A DNA stretch of 53,564 nucleotides from assembly GCA_937929825.1 (NCBI GenBank), contig CALFUV010000007.1:1-53564 (forward strand), written 5' to 3'. Each line of letters opens with the position of its first letter. Positions within the stretch are counted from its first letter, which is position 1. The translations under genes were made by a program, and so were the position numbers. Under the pieces are notes generated by a model, which was not told the origin of the DNA, did not search any database, and saw nothing but the letters and a program-made list of their open reading frames with translations. Shown piece by piece: positions 1-8,236 of the stretch. Source of the DNA: an uncultured Patescibacteria group bacterium (GTDB lineage: Bacteria > Patescibacteriota > Patescibacteriia > Veblenbacterales > UBA10138).

Positions 1-236
1 GATTTTGATTACAATCTGATTATCTAACAAATACCTGAATATGGCCCCGGCTTTATTTCTACTGAAGTAACCCGTAGAGTTGAAGTTGAAAACAGATCTT
101 GGTCTAAATTTCATAATATGGAAGTAAGGGACTTTCAAAAATAAAAATTCCAGCTCGTCTCTCAAAAGACGAATACTTCAAAAATAAAGAAAAATTCCTC
201 GGAATATTAAAAGAAGAAAAGTTCTATATGTGGTGA
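1..236 (+). pseudogene. Possible degraded 3' end of a gene entering from the left edge
   Basis: Frame 1 reads DFDYNLII*QIPEYGPGFISTEVTRRVEVENRSWSKFHNMEVRD. Frame 3 continues LSKIKIPARLSKDEYFKNKEKFLGILKEEKFYMW* (TGA 234-236), directly followed by a terminator hairpin. Composition is protein-like but no family recognised. Confidence 0.3.
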
Positions 237-246
237 TCTTATTAAT

Positions 247-276
247 AAGGAGTTCCTAATGGAACTCCTTCCTTTT
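247..276. terminator. Intrinsic terminator hairpin between convergent units
   Basis: Perfect 10-bp stem AAGGAGTTCC-TAAT-GGAACTCCTT (247-270) followed by CCTTTTT, just past the stop of the 276..758 gene. Confidence 0.7.
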
Positions 277-758
277 TATCTTTTTTTCTTACCACTCACA
301 CGTTCTATATAACCTTTTAATAACCAAGAACTAGATTGAACCTTCCCGCCATGACCAACATTATAAACCATCTTAATCCCCAGCTGAAGACATAAACCAA
401 CTTCGGGCACTGGATCGCCATCTGGTTTTCTATCGCCACCATTAGCAAAAATATGCGGCCGTAAACTGGCTAATTCTGCACACACGCTCATATCTTTTGG
501 GTGTCTGTGATGCCTAGTCAAAATAACTTTATCCACCGGTTCCAACGCTTCAATTATTTCCTTACGCTCTTTTTCAGGCATAAAAACATGCTCTTTTTTA
601 GCTCGCAGCCAATTATCATTATTTAAAATCACCACTAACTTATCACCTAATTTTTTAGCGGCCTTAAACATTCGCACATGCCCAACATGCAACGGATCAA
701 AACCTCCGCTGACTGCAACTACTACTGGTTGCCTAGATTTTTTATCATTTTTTGGCAT
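276..758 (-). CDS. Cytidylyltransferase-like (HIGH-superfamily) nucleotidyltransferase
   Basis: SGGFDPLHVGH (HxGH) motif, ER..II..L..VD segment, FANGGDR and terminal SSS; TagD/RfaE-II/FAD synthase-like family. Confidence 0.85.
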   Translation of the reverse strand: MPKNDKKSRQPVVVAVSGGFDPLHVGHVRMFKAAKKLGDKLVVILNNDNWLRAKKEHVFMPEKERKEIIEALEPVDKVILTRHHRHPKDMSVCAELASLRPHIFANGGDRKPDGDPVPEVGLCLQLGIKMVYNVGHGGKVQSSSWLLKGYIERVSGKKKR

Positions 759-944
759 ACCTTTATAATAGGTATTATAGCTTATGTAAATAGAGTTAAC
801 TAGTTTACTTTATAACATTAAGGACTTGTATTAATTTAATCTTTATATTTGACAAAATAAACATTAATATCAGATATTAATTTGGGAAGATTTCCTACTT
901 CTCTGATAACTAAGTCGACTGTGAAGATATAAACTCGCGGTTTC

Positions 945-3665
945 TTATTGTCCATGACACTTTTTATATTTTTTTCCACTGCCGCAAGGACAAGGATCAT
1001 TACGCCCTACTTTCTGCCCAGTCTCATTACGTGGTTTAGCCATTAACGGCGCCCCAGTTGATGAAATAGCTGAAGCAAAAATGCTCCTCGCTTCGGTTTG
1101 AGTTTTAGCCGGCCCCTGTTCATGGATTTGCCGATTTGGGGCAGCTGCTTGCGCCGCCTGTTGAACTACACCAACTTTAAATATATTATAAACTACTTCA
1201 CGTCTAATTGAAGCTAATAAATCTTTATACATACGAAAAGCCTGACGTTTGTATTCCACTAAAGGATCGCGCTGACCATATCCTTGCAAGCCAATACCTC
1301 CACGCAAATAATCCATAGAAGTTAAATGCCTTACCCATAAATTATCAATTGCCCGCAGTAGAAGAGTTTTTTCCGCTTCACGCATTATATTTTCAGCTGT
1401 TGGCATAGCTAGTTGACGAGCTTGATATATTATTTGCTGTTCTGTATTTTCATAAGCTTGTCTGGCTAAATAAATAAGATAATTAATTATTTTATCGCGC
1501 GCCATAGCATCTTCAGCAGCGTCACCGGCTTGAGATTCCAATTCATTAAGTTTTTTTCTAACTTCTTTAGGCACTGGAAACATGGAATTAATAGCCTCAT
1601 AAATTTCATCTAAATTCCATTTACTCTCATCCTCCAGCGCGGTATGAAAAGCTACTAATTGAGATATTTCTTCCTCTACCATTTCAAAGACCTGATTTTT
1701 AAGATCTGATGGATTATTAGTAGCTGCCCTTAACAATGCCCGTCGCCGAAAATAAATAGACTCGCGCTGTTTATTTAAAACATCGTCGTATTCTACTAAA
1801 TTTTTACGAATATCGAAATTATGACCCTCTACTTTTTTCTGCGCCTGCTCAATAGACCGAGATACCATTTTATTTTCAATAGGTATATCTTCTGGTAAAC
1901 CGAGTTTTTCCATTAAATTCTTAACCCGATCGCCGCTAAATATTCTCATCAAATCATCTTCCAGTGAAACATAAAATTGTGATTTACCAGGATCACCCTG
2001 ACGACCAGCACGACCTCTTAACTGATTATCTATACGCCTAGATTCATGCCTTTCTGTGCCTAATACAAATAAGCCGCCTGCTTTTTTAACAAAATCAGCT
2101 TCATCTGTTTCCGGCGGATTGCCGCCCAAAATAATATCCACACCTCTACCCGCCATATTAGTAGCGATAGTTACAGCCCCCCTACGACCGGCTTGAGCTA
2201 TAATTTGCGCTTCACGTGCATGATTCTTGGCATTCAATACTTCATGAGGAATACCTTCCCGTTTTAACATTTCGCTTAGAATCTCATTTTTTTCTATAGA
2301 AATAGTACCAACTAATACTGGTTGTCCAGCTTGATGAAGTTCTTTAACATGATTAACCACGGCTTGAAATTTTCCCATTTCGCTTTTATAAACTTTATCA
2401 GACATATCTTGGCGTATCATCGGTCGATGTGTAGGAATACTAGTAACCTCTAAAGAATAAATTTTACTAAATTCCTCTGCTTCAGTGGCGGCAGTACCAG
2501 TCATACCAGCGAGTTTTTTATAAAGTCGGAAATAATTTTGAAAAGTAATAGTAGCTAAAGTTAATGACTCACGCTGAATTTTTACACCTTCTTTAGCTTC
2601 AATAGCCTGATGCAATCCTTCTGAATACCTGCGACCCGGCATCATACGACCGGTAAATTCATCTACAATAATAACTTCTCCATCGCGCACTACATATTGT
2701 TTATCTTTTAAAAATAATGTTTTTGCCCGTAAAGCTGACTCTAAAATATGTATCATGTTATAACCACCCTCGTCGTATAAATTTTTTATGCCCAAAAACT
2801 TTTCTGCTTTATTTATACCAGCTTCGGTAAAAGTAGCTGCTCGCATTTTTTCATCCACATTATAGTCTTCATTTTCCTTCAAAGTAGCTACAAAGCGAGC
2901 CGCATCATAATAGCGGTCGGTAGCTTCTTCAGCTGGCGCAGAAATAATCAACGGCGTGCGCGCTTCATCTATTAAAATACTATCGACTTCATCCACAATG
3001 GCATAATTGAGCTCGCGCTGTACCATTTGTTCCTCACGCCAAACCATATTATCACGCAAATAATCAAAGCCATACTCGTTATTGGTACCATAAGTAATAT
3101 CCGCCTTATATGCTTCTTGTCGCGTTACAATCTTTAAATTATTTAACGAGGGTTCTTCATTGGTAACTTCGGGATCAAAAATATAAGCCACATCATGATT
3201 TATACAACCGACCGAAAGACCTAAAGCATGATAAATTTTACCCATCCAAATAGTATCGCGCCTCGCCAAATAATCATTAACCGTTACCACATGTACACCC
3301 TTACCGGCAAGCGCATTTAAATAAACCGGGGCAGTAGCGGTTAAGGTTTTTCCTTCCCCTGTTTTCATTTCCGCAATCTGGCCCTGATGCAAAACAATTC
3401 CACCGATTAACTGTTCATCAAAATGTCTTTGATTTAATACACGGCGTGCAGCCTCACGCACACAGGCAAAAGCCTCGGGTAATAAATCATCCAAAGTCTC
3501 CTCTTTATTCAAGCGGTCGCGGAAATATAATGTTTTTATCTTTAGCTCATTATCAGATAATTCTTGTATTTCAGATTCAAGCTGATTAATACGATCAACC
3601 AAGGGCCGAAGTTTAGCTACCGCTCGTTTATTAGGATCCCCAAATAGTTTATCTAAAAATGCCAT
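945..3665 (-). CDS. secA: Preprotein translocase subunit SecA
   Basis: EMKTGEGKT Walker [47 protein letters not shown]-terminal [19 protein letters not shown] zinc motif. Confidence 0.99.
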   Translation of the reverse strand: MAFLDKLFGDPNKRAVAKLRPLVDRINQLESEIQELSDNELKIKTLYFRDRLNKEETLDDLLPEAFACVREAARRVLNQRHFDEQLIGGIVLHQGQIAEMKTGEGKTLTATAPVYLNALAGKGVHVVTVNDYLARRDTIWMGKIYHALGLSVGCINHDVAYIFDPEVTNEEPSLNNLKIVTRQEAYKADITYGTNNEYGFDYLRDNMVWREEQMVQRELNYAIVDEVDSILIDEARTPLIISAPAEEATDRYYDAARFVATLKENEDYNVDEKMRAATFTEAGINKAEKFLGIKNLYDEGGYNMIHILESALRAKTLFLKDKQYVVRDGEVIIVDEFTGRMMPGRRYSEGLHQAIEAKEGVKIQRESLTLATITFQNYFRLYKKLAGMTGTAATEAEEFSKIYSLEVTSIPTHRPMIRQDMSDKVYKSEMGKFQAVVNHVKELHQAGQPVLVGTISIEKNEILSEMLKREGIPHEVLNAKNHAREAQIIAQAGRRGAVTIATNMAGRGVDIILGGNPPETDEADFVKKAGGLFVLGTERHESRRIDNQLRGRAGRQGDPGKSQFYVSLEDDLMRIFSGDRVKNLMEKLGLPEDIPIENKMVSRSIEQAQKKVEGHNFDIRKNLVEYDDVLNKQRESIYFRRRALLRAATNNPSDLKNQVFEMVEEEISQLVAFHTALEDESKWNLDEIYEAINSMFPVPKEVRKKLNELESQAGDAAEDAMARDKIINYLIYLARQAYENTEQQIIYQARQLAMPTAENIMREAEKTLLLRAIDNLWVRHLTSMDYLRGGIGLQGYGQRDPLVEYKRQAFRMYKDLLASIRREVVYNIFKVGVVQQAAQAAAPNRQIHEQGPAKTQTEARSIFASAISSTGAPLMAKPRNETGQKVGRNDPCPCGSGKKYKKCHGQ

Positions 3666-3710
3666 AAAGCAAACTTAACTGTACTAAATTATAATAACAA
3701 AAGCAAGTAT

Positions 3711-3745
3711 AAAAAGGGCGTATATTAATTACACGCTCTTTTTTT
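3711..3745. terminator. Bidirectional-type intrinsic terminator downstream of the decarboxylase gene
   Basis: AAAAAGGGCGTATA-TTAAT-TACACGCTCTTTTTTT imperfect stem flanked by A- and T-tracts. Confidence 0.6.
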
Positions 3746-3801
3746 ATTATCCGGTTACTCAGCTAAGCGATCATTATAAATATACCAAAACAATAAGCAT
3801 C

Positions 3802-5169
3802 TTACCAGCCAAACTGCTTGCCTATTTCTTCAGCTGTTTCTCTTTTACGGGCAATTGTTATAATGCCGTTTTGAATCACTATTTTCATAGGTGATGATAA
3901 TAAACAATGATGTGAAGATAAGGCGTCTTGATATGCCCCGGTATCAAATACAGCTAAGTACTGCTGTTCATTTGGCTCCAGTGTATCTAAAGAAGGCATC
4001 GGCACATAAGTACCACCAGCTGTATACTTATCATCTGAATCGCAAGATAAACCGGCCAGCCATACTCTACTTAATTTCTTAGCCTGTAAACGATTAACGG
4101 GTACAATATGCCATTTTTGATGAATAGCCCAAGTATCTTTAAGATCATTCATAAAACTGCCGTCCACAATATACCATTTGCTCACAGTTGAGCTTTGCGG
4201 CACAATTTTTTCACTCAACACCCGATAAATTGTAACTTGAGCCGGCGCTACTAAATAACTGCCCCATTCTACCAAGATGTCAGGATGAGGAATATTCGCT
4301 ATATCACAAGTTTTTATAATTGTTCGAACTATACGTTTGACTATAGCTTGGGTAGAAAAAAGCGGTTTTTTTTCAAACGGTACTGGCATACCTCCACCTA
4401 AATCTATCATATCCAAATTAGGATTATTTTTTCTCAACTTAATATAAACAGCCATAGCTTTTTTTAACGGTCTTACAATATCCTCCACATATTCTAACTG
4501 CTTAGAAGTATGATAATGAAGAAGTTTGAGATTACGAATCCGGCCAAATGATAAAATTTCCTCAGCTGTTAAACCAAAACGGTTGAATTTATTATCCCAA
4601 TGACCACGAACTTTAACTTGGGTATCCAATCTAATGCCAATATCTCCCCGAAAAGTTGAAAGCGCTGCTAGTTCAAATTTATCCTCAATAATCGGTGTAA
4701 TATTTAAACCTTTTTCCCTTAATTCGGTTATAAGTGATAAATACTGATTAGTCTTGGGGCCATTACAAATAACGCGGATTCGACTAGAAAACTGCTCTTG
4801 CTCCCACATACGTTTAACCAGCCAAAGTTCATTAGAGCTGGTGACTTCTAAATTTCCGCCCTCAGAAAGTATTGGCAGAATGAATTCCTTATTCTGACTG
4901 GCTTTCATGGGATAATGATAAAAAAACTTTCCCCGATAACGGAAAGATTTTATTGTTCTATTAAAAATATCAATCGTCTCCCTCAAACGCCGCTCCACAA
5001 TATAAGGAAAAGCTATCTCTAATGGTGTACCAAATTTACACGCCAGATCATATAGATTATATTGATAATTACCTTCACGTAAAACAAGTTCTCCATCCCG
5101 ACTAATGCCAAAATCAGTCGTATTAAATTGCGGATTGCCTAACTTCCAAAATTTTATAAACCTGTTCAT
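3802..5169 (-). CDS. speA: PLP-dependent fold-type III decarboxylase, arginine decarboxylase-like (short form)
   Basis: YPMKASQ PLP-lysine motif, ICNGPK, DLGGG, CDSDD, TGAYQ, DGSFMNDLKDTW. Substrate assigned by family resemblance only. Confidence 0.7.
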   Translation of the reverse strand: MNRFIKFWKLGNPQFNTTDFGISRDGELVLREGNYQYNLYDLACKFGTPLEIAFPYIVERRLRETIDIFNRTIKSFRYRGKFFYHYPMKASQNKEFILPILSEGGNLEVTSSNELWLVKRMWEQEQFSSRIRVICNGPKTNQYLSLITELREKGLNITPIIEDKFELAALSTFRGDIGIRLDTQVKVRGHWDNKFNRFGLTAEEILSFGRIRNLKLLHYHTSKQLEYVEDIVRPLKKAMAVYIKLRKNNPNLDMIDLGGGMPVPFEKKPLFSTQAIVKRIVRTIIKTCDIANIPHPDILVEWGSYLVAPAQVTIYRVLSEKIVPQSSTVSKWYIVDGSFMNDLKDTWAIHQKWHIVPVNRLQAKKLSRVWLAGLSCDSDDKYTAGGTYVPMPSLDTLEPNEQQYLAVFDTGAYQDALSSHHCLLSSPMKIVIQNGIITIARKRETAEEIGKQFGW

Positions 5170-5544
5170 TTATTTATTTTTACCGCGTAGGCTGTCATAC
5201 CAAGCCATAAACTTTTCCTTAGCTCGTCTTATTTGCCGCCAATCATTTTTTTCTTGTCTGGCTTTAGTTTTTTTAATTTGCCTTTCCAATACCGGTATAA
5301 GCAAATCAATGGCGGCGTGCATTTCACTAGACTCTTCCGCTACCCTAATATCTGGTCCGGGAACTTCTAAAGTTACGGTTGCTCGATGCATTAAACCACC
5401 CCGCTTATTTTTATCCACCTCCATATCTACCTTAGCTCTTATAATCCTGTCCCAATAATTTGCCATTTTACCTATTTTTTCCTCAACATAAGCGCGTAAA
5501 GATGGTGTAAGATCAAAATTCTTACAACTAATTATTATGTCCAT
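5170..5544 (-). CDS. hpf: Ribosome hibernation factor / ribosomal subunit interface protein (short HPF/RaiA)
   Basis: KNFDLTPSLRAYVEEKIGK and MHAAIDLLIPVLERQIKKTK, typical S30AE domain. Stop abuts the speA ATG (TAAATG). Confidence 0.92.
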   Translation of the reverse strand: MDIIISCKNFDLTPSLRAYVEEKIGKMANYWDRIIRAKVDMEVDKNKRGGLMHRATVTLEVPGPDIRVAEESSEMHAAIDLLIPVLERQIKKTKARQEKNDWRQIRRAKEKFMAWYDSLRGKNK

Positions 5545-5634
5545 TGGTTTTTATTGGTTAAGAATAATGCTTATAAAATATAGAACAATGGCCAGCAAGC
5601 CGCAACCCGCTGGGCTTACATATTAATAAAACTA

Positions 5635-6606
5635 TTAAAAACCTATATATCTAACTTCTTCCTGCAATTGAATACCAAATTGATCACGCACTTGTTGTTT
5701 AATGTATGAAATCATCTGCACTACCTGCTCGGCCTTACCACCGCCAATATTTATTAAATAATTAGCATGATCCTCCGACACCTGAATACCCCCAATAGTT
5801 TTGTTTTTTAGGCCAGCTTTATCTATAAGCCAACTTGCTGGCAACTGACCTTTTTTAATAAAGTCTTCTATTTTTTCCTCTCCTTTAAATTTATGTCTAA
5901 CTTCTTCAATATCTACAATAGGTACATTCATAAAAATACAACCCGATGATGGTTTGTGATACGGCTGACCCCGTCGCGCGGCAATGAATTTTTTTACTAA
6001 TTCTTGACTTGTCTCAAAACTACCTTTATTTAAATTAAACAAAGCACTCAAGATAATATCATTATTTTTTTTAAAAATTGAATTCCGGTAAGTAAACTCA
6101 CATTCCTCTTTGTTTAACAATACCAATTTATCTTCACGGCAAACTGTAACATTTTCTACCCAATCTCCAATAAAACCACGTTCTACCTGCGGCACACCGG
6201 CGTTGCCATAAATCGCCCCGCCCACAGTTCCAGGAACTGCTACCAGCGGTTCAAAACCAGACAGGCTGAAACTAACAGTCTTCTGTACTAAAAATCCTAA
6301 ATTAACTCCGGCTTCAGCTGTAACTTTAGTACCTTCTATTTGCCAATTATTATTTCTTGCCAATACTACCAAACCATTAAAACCCTTATCTGAAACTAAA
6401 ACATTGGATCCACCGCCTAAAACCAAAAATGGGATTTTAAATTCATTAGCTACTTGTGCGGCTTTAATTAAATCAGCGCTTGAGCGTGCCTCAAAGAAAA
6501 ATTTAGCCGGCCCGCCAATTTTAAAATTAGTATAAGGCGCCAGTAGAACCCTGCTTTTAACTTCTTTTCCTAAATTTTCCTTTAATTGTCCTATGGTTAC
6601 TGCCAT
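5635..6606 (-). CDS. murB: UDP-N-acetylenolpyruvoylglucosamine reductase (likely start ATG 6606 rather than 6645)
   Basis: YTNFKIGGPA, LGGGSNVLVSD, PGTVGGAIYGNAG, SSGCIFMN, HANYLIN, LQEEV. Confidence 0.96.
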   Translation of the reverse strand: MAVTIGQLKENLGKEVKSRVLLAPYTNFKIGGPAKFFFEARSSADLIKAAQVANEFKIPFLVLGGGSNVLVSDKGFNGLVVLARNNNWQIEGTKVTAEAGVNLGFLVQKTVSFSLSGFEPLVAVPGTVGGAIYGNAGVPQVERGFIGDWVENVTVCREDKLVLLNKEECEFTYRNSIFKKNNDIILSALFNLNKGSFETSQELVKKFIAARRGQPYHKPSSGCIFMNVPIVDIEEVRHKFKGEEKIEDFIKKGQLPASWLIDKAGLKNKTIGGIQVSEDHANYLINIGGGKAEQVVQMISYIKQQVRDQFGIQLQEEVRYIGF

Positions 6607-6751
6607 AGATATCTTAAGACTAAAATAAAAAGCCTTATTTAGCAAACCAAAATCTATGAAACAATGATTATATATTCTGTTTTTTGCCTTAATTTTTACC
6701 CTCTTTAAGCTAAAAATCTTATATTTATTAAGCTAAAATTTTCCACAAGCC

Positions 6752-6780
6752 TTGACAAAATCTTCAACTTGCGCTATATT
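6752..6780 (+). promoter_or_regulatory. Sigma70-type promoter driving the structured leader/islet
   Basis: TTGACA (6752-6757), 17-nt spacer, TATATT (6775-6780); predicted TSS ~6786-6788. Confidence 0.8.
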
Positions 6781-6786
6781 TATATG

Positions 6787-7121
6787 TTATTTAAAAATCA
6801 ATCATAGTGTGATCTGCCGGTTAGTGCTTGCTGGTAATTCCTACCAAGAGTATTTATCTAGGTATCAGACTAAAGCACATAAATTCCAGCTGTAGTTGAA
6901 TAAACAGTAATGGATGTGAAGCAAAAATTGGTATCTGGATAAGCACTTTTTCTGTTAGCACATTTACAAACATTTGTATTTACTGACTAGGAGGGAGACA
7001 AACGATTAAGTAATCGCTTCTAACTGGTTCACACTAGTTACTGGCGACATACATAATCGCGGATACAATGGTCTTCGGACAAAGTTGTGCCATGATCTCC
7101 TCCCGATCAGTAAAAACAAAT
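6787..7121 (+). ncRNA. Unassigned large structured RNA / 5' leader (~330 nt)
   Basis: Many helices with G-U pairs only on the + strand: 6849-6868/6928-6947 (20 bp, one mismatch), 6973-6998/7096-7120, 6805-6824/7020-7036, and a C(UUCG)G hairpin 7071-7080. Lies between a consensus promoter and the next ATG, with no sizeable ORF. Confidence 0.7.
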
Positions 7122-7146
7122 TATAAACAAAAAAAGGAAACAAACA

Positions 7147-7503
7147 ATGAATTCGCTTGAAAAAAAACCAGATTATTATTTCTGGATAGGAGTGCTACTA
7201 ATAATTACCGTCGTGTTGGTGGTACTTACAGGCATAATAGGGTTTAATCCGACACCTGATGGGAGCACCCCATTGTTCTTCACAATTTTATCCGTATTGT
7301 TACTAATCTGTATATACTTATGGATATTAATAATACTAGTATATACTAGGAAAGAAATTGTAAGTTGGATTACTACGGAATTTGGGCTGCCAAGGTACGT
7401 CTCAAAATTAATATACCTTAGTATATTAATATTTACCACAATAATTTTCTTTAATCCCATCACAATAAATTTCTTCGTTCGTTTCTCCTTCCTAGCGCTC
7501 TAA
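7147..7503 (+). CDS. Hypothetical integral membrane protein (~3 TM)
   Basis: 118-aa ORF with three hydrophobic segments and AAGGA upstream; no family recognised. Confidence 0.7.
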   Translation: MNSLEKKPDYYFWIGVLLIITVVLVVLTGIIGFNPTPDGSTPLFFTILSVLLLICIYLWILIILVYTRKEIVSWITTEFGLPRYVSKLIYLSILIFTTIIFFNPITINFFVRFSFLAL

Positions 7504-7620
7504 TCAGCCAAGCCTAACTTCATCAAAAAATTATAAAAAGTTGGGCTCTCTCCTAGGCTCGTGAACTGCTCGCGCTTCTGGGAGATAAATATACAAAAAA
7601 CAAACATAGGAGTTAAAAAA

Positions 7621-8085
7621 ATGAAGATCTTAATATTCGTAACCTTTTTGTTGTTGGTTGGCTGTGCTACTAACTACCAAATAATTCCAGTGGCTACTGA
7701 ACCACCAACAAATGAACTTGAAGGGGTCAGGTACTTGTTGGTGCCTGCTCAAGATACAAAAAAAGGTACATCAATGTTTTTAGATATTAAGAACATTGAA
7801 CAAGGAACGATTAAATCAGTAAGCATCAATGGTATAAAGATAGGTAATTTTGCTGCCGGCGAGGGTTTATATATGAGGTTTACTAATCTCATATATAGTC
7901 TGTCTGAAAAAAAGTGGGACAGACGCTGGGACAGAGTCTATGGCGCTTATCGCACCATATGCTTGATTCATGTGATAATTCACGTCGATTTAATCTCTGG
8001 AAAATCCAGAAATCCTCATTGGAGTAAAGATTTCTGGATAAGCGAGGACAATATTGGCCACGGCACAATTAGAATATCTATTTAA
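7621..8085 (+). CDS. Hypothetical lipoprotein (start ATG 7621)
   Basis: AGGAG Shine-Dalgarno before ATG 7621; MKILIFVTFLLLVGC signal with lipobox LVG-C; followed by a terminator. Confidence 0.75.
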   Translation: MKILIFVTFLLLVGCATNYQIIPVATEPPTNELEGVRYLLVPAQDTKKGTSMFLDIKNIEQGTIKSVSINGIKIGNFAAGEGLYMRFTNLIYSLSEKKWDRRWDRVYGAYRTICLIHVIIHVDLISGKSRNPHWSKDFWISEDNIGHGTIRISI

Positions 8086-8094
8086 TTTAATTTT

Positions 8095-8130
8095 GCGGTT
8101 AGATTTCTTCCTTAATCTAGCCGCTTTTTT
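8095..8130 (+). terminator. Intrinsic terminator of the islet
   Basis: GCGGTTAGATT-8 nt-AATCTAGCCGC 11-bp stem (one G-U) followed by TTTTTT. Confidence 0.85.
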
Positions 8131-8139
8131 ATATAAAAA

Positions 8140-8177
8140 CATTTTACTTTTTGTCTAGGTAGACAAAAAGTAAAATG
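8140..8177. repeat. Perfect 18-bp inverted repeat with 2-bp spacer
   Basis: CATTTTACTTTTTGTCTA-GG-TAGACAAAAAGTAAAATG. Confidence 0.95.
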
Positions 8178-8236
8178 AGTAAAATTTAAAAAATGTTACT
8201 TACACTTATTAATTATTAATTAAAAGTCACTAACCA

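Noticed and set aside
247-312. AAGGAG + ATG (259) inside the hairpin opening a 17-aa hydrophobic ORF (MELLPFYLFFLPLTRSI), type I toxin-like
   Set aside because: The hairpin is well explained as a terminator. The ORF is mostly antisense to the Lys-rich tail of the cytidylyltransferase, which by itself yields Phe/Leu codons.
6787-7121. Assignment of the structured RNA as RNase P, tmRNA, SRP, group I/II intron, T-box or a known riboswitch
   Set aside because: Hallmark motifs not found on either strand: GAGGAAAGUCC, tRNA-like ends with CCA, SRP GGAA loop, P7 partner for AGACUA, domain V, T-box sequence. 6S RNA cannot be excluded by eye.
7176-7463. 95-aa minus-strand ORF
   Set aside because: Antisense shadow of 7147..7503, which has promoter, RBS and operon support.
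7512-7546. GCCTAAC...GTTGGGC resembling integron attC core sites
   Set aside because: Only 35 bp long with no L boxes or extrahelical bases, a single copy, and no integrase in the window.
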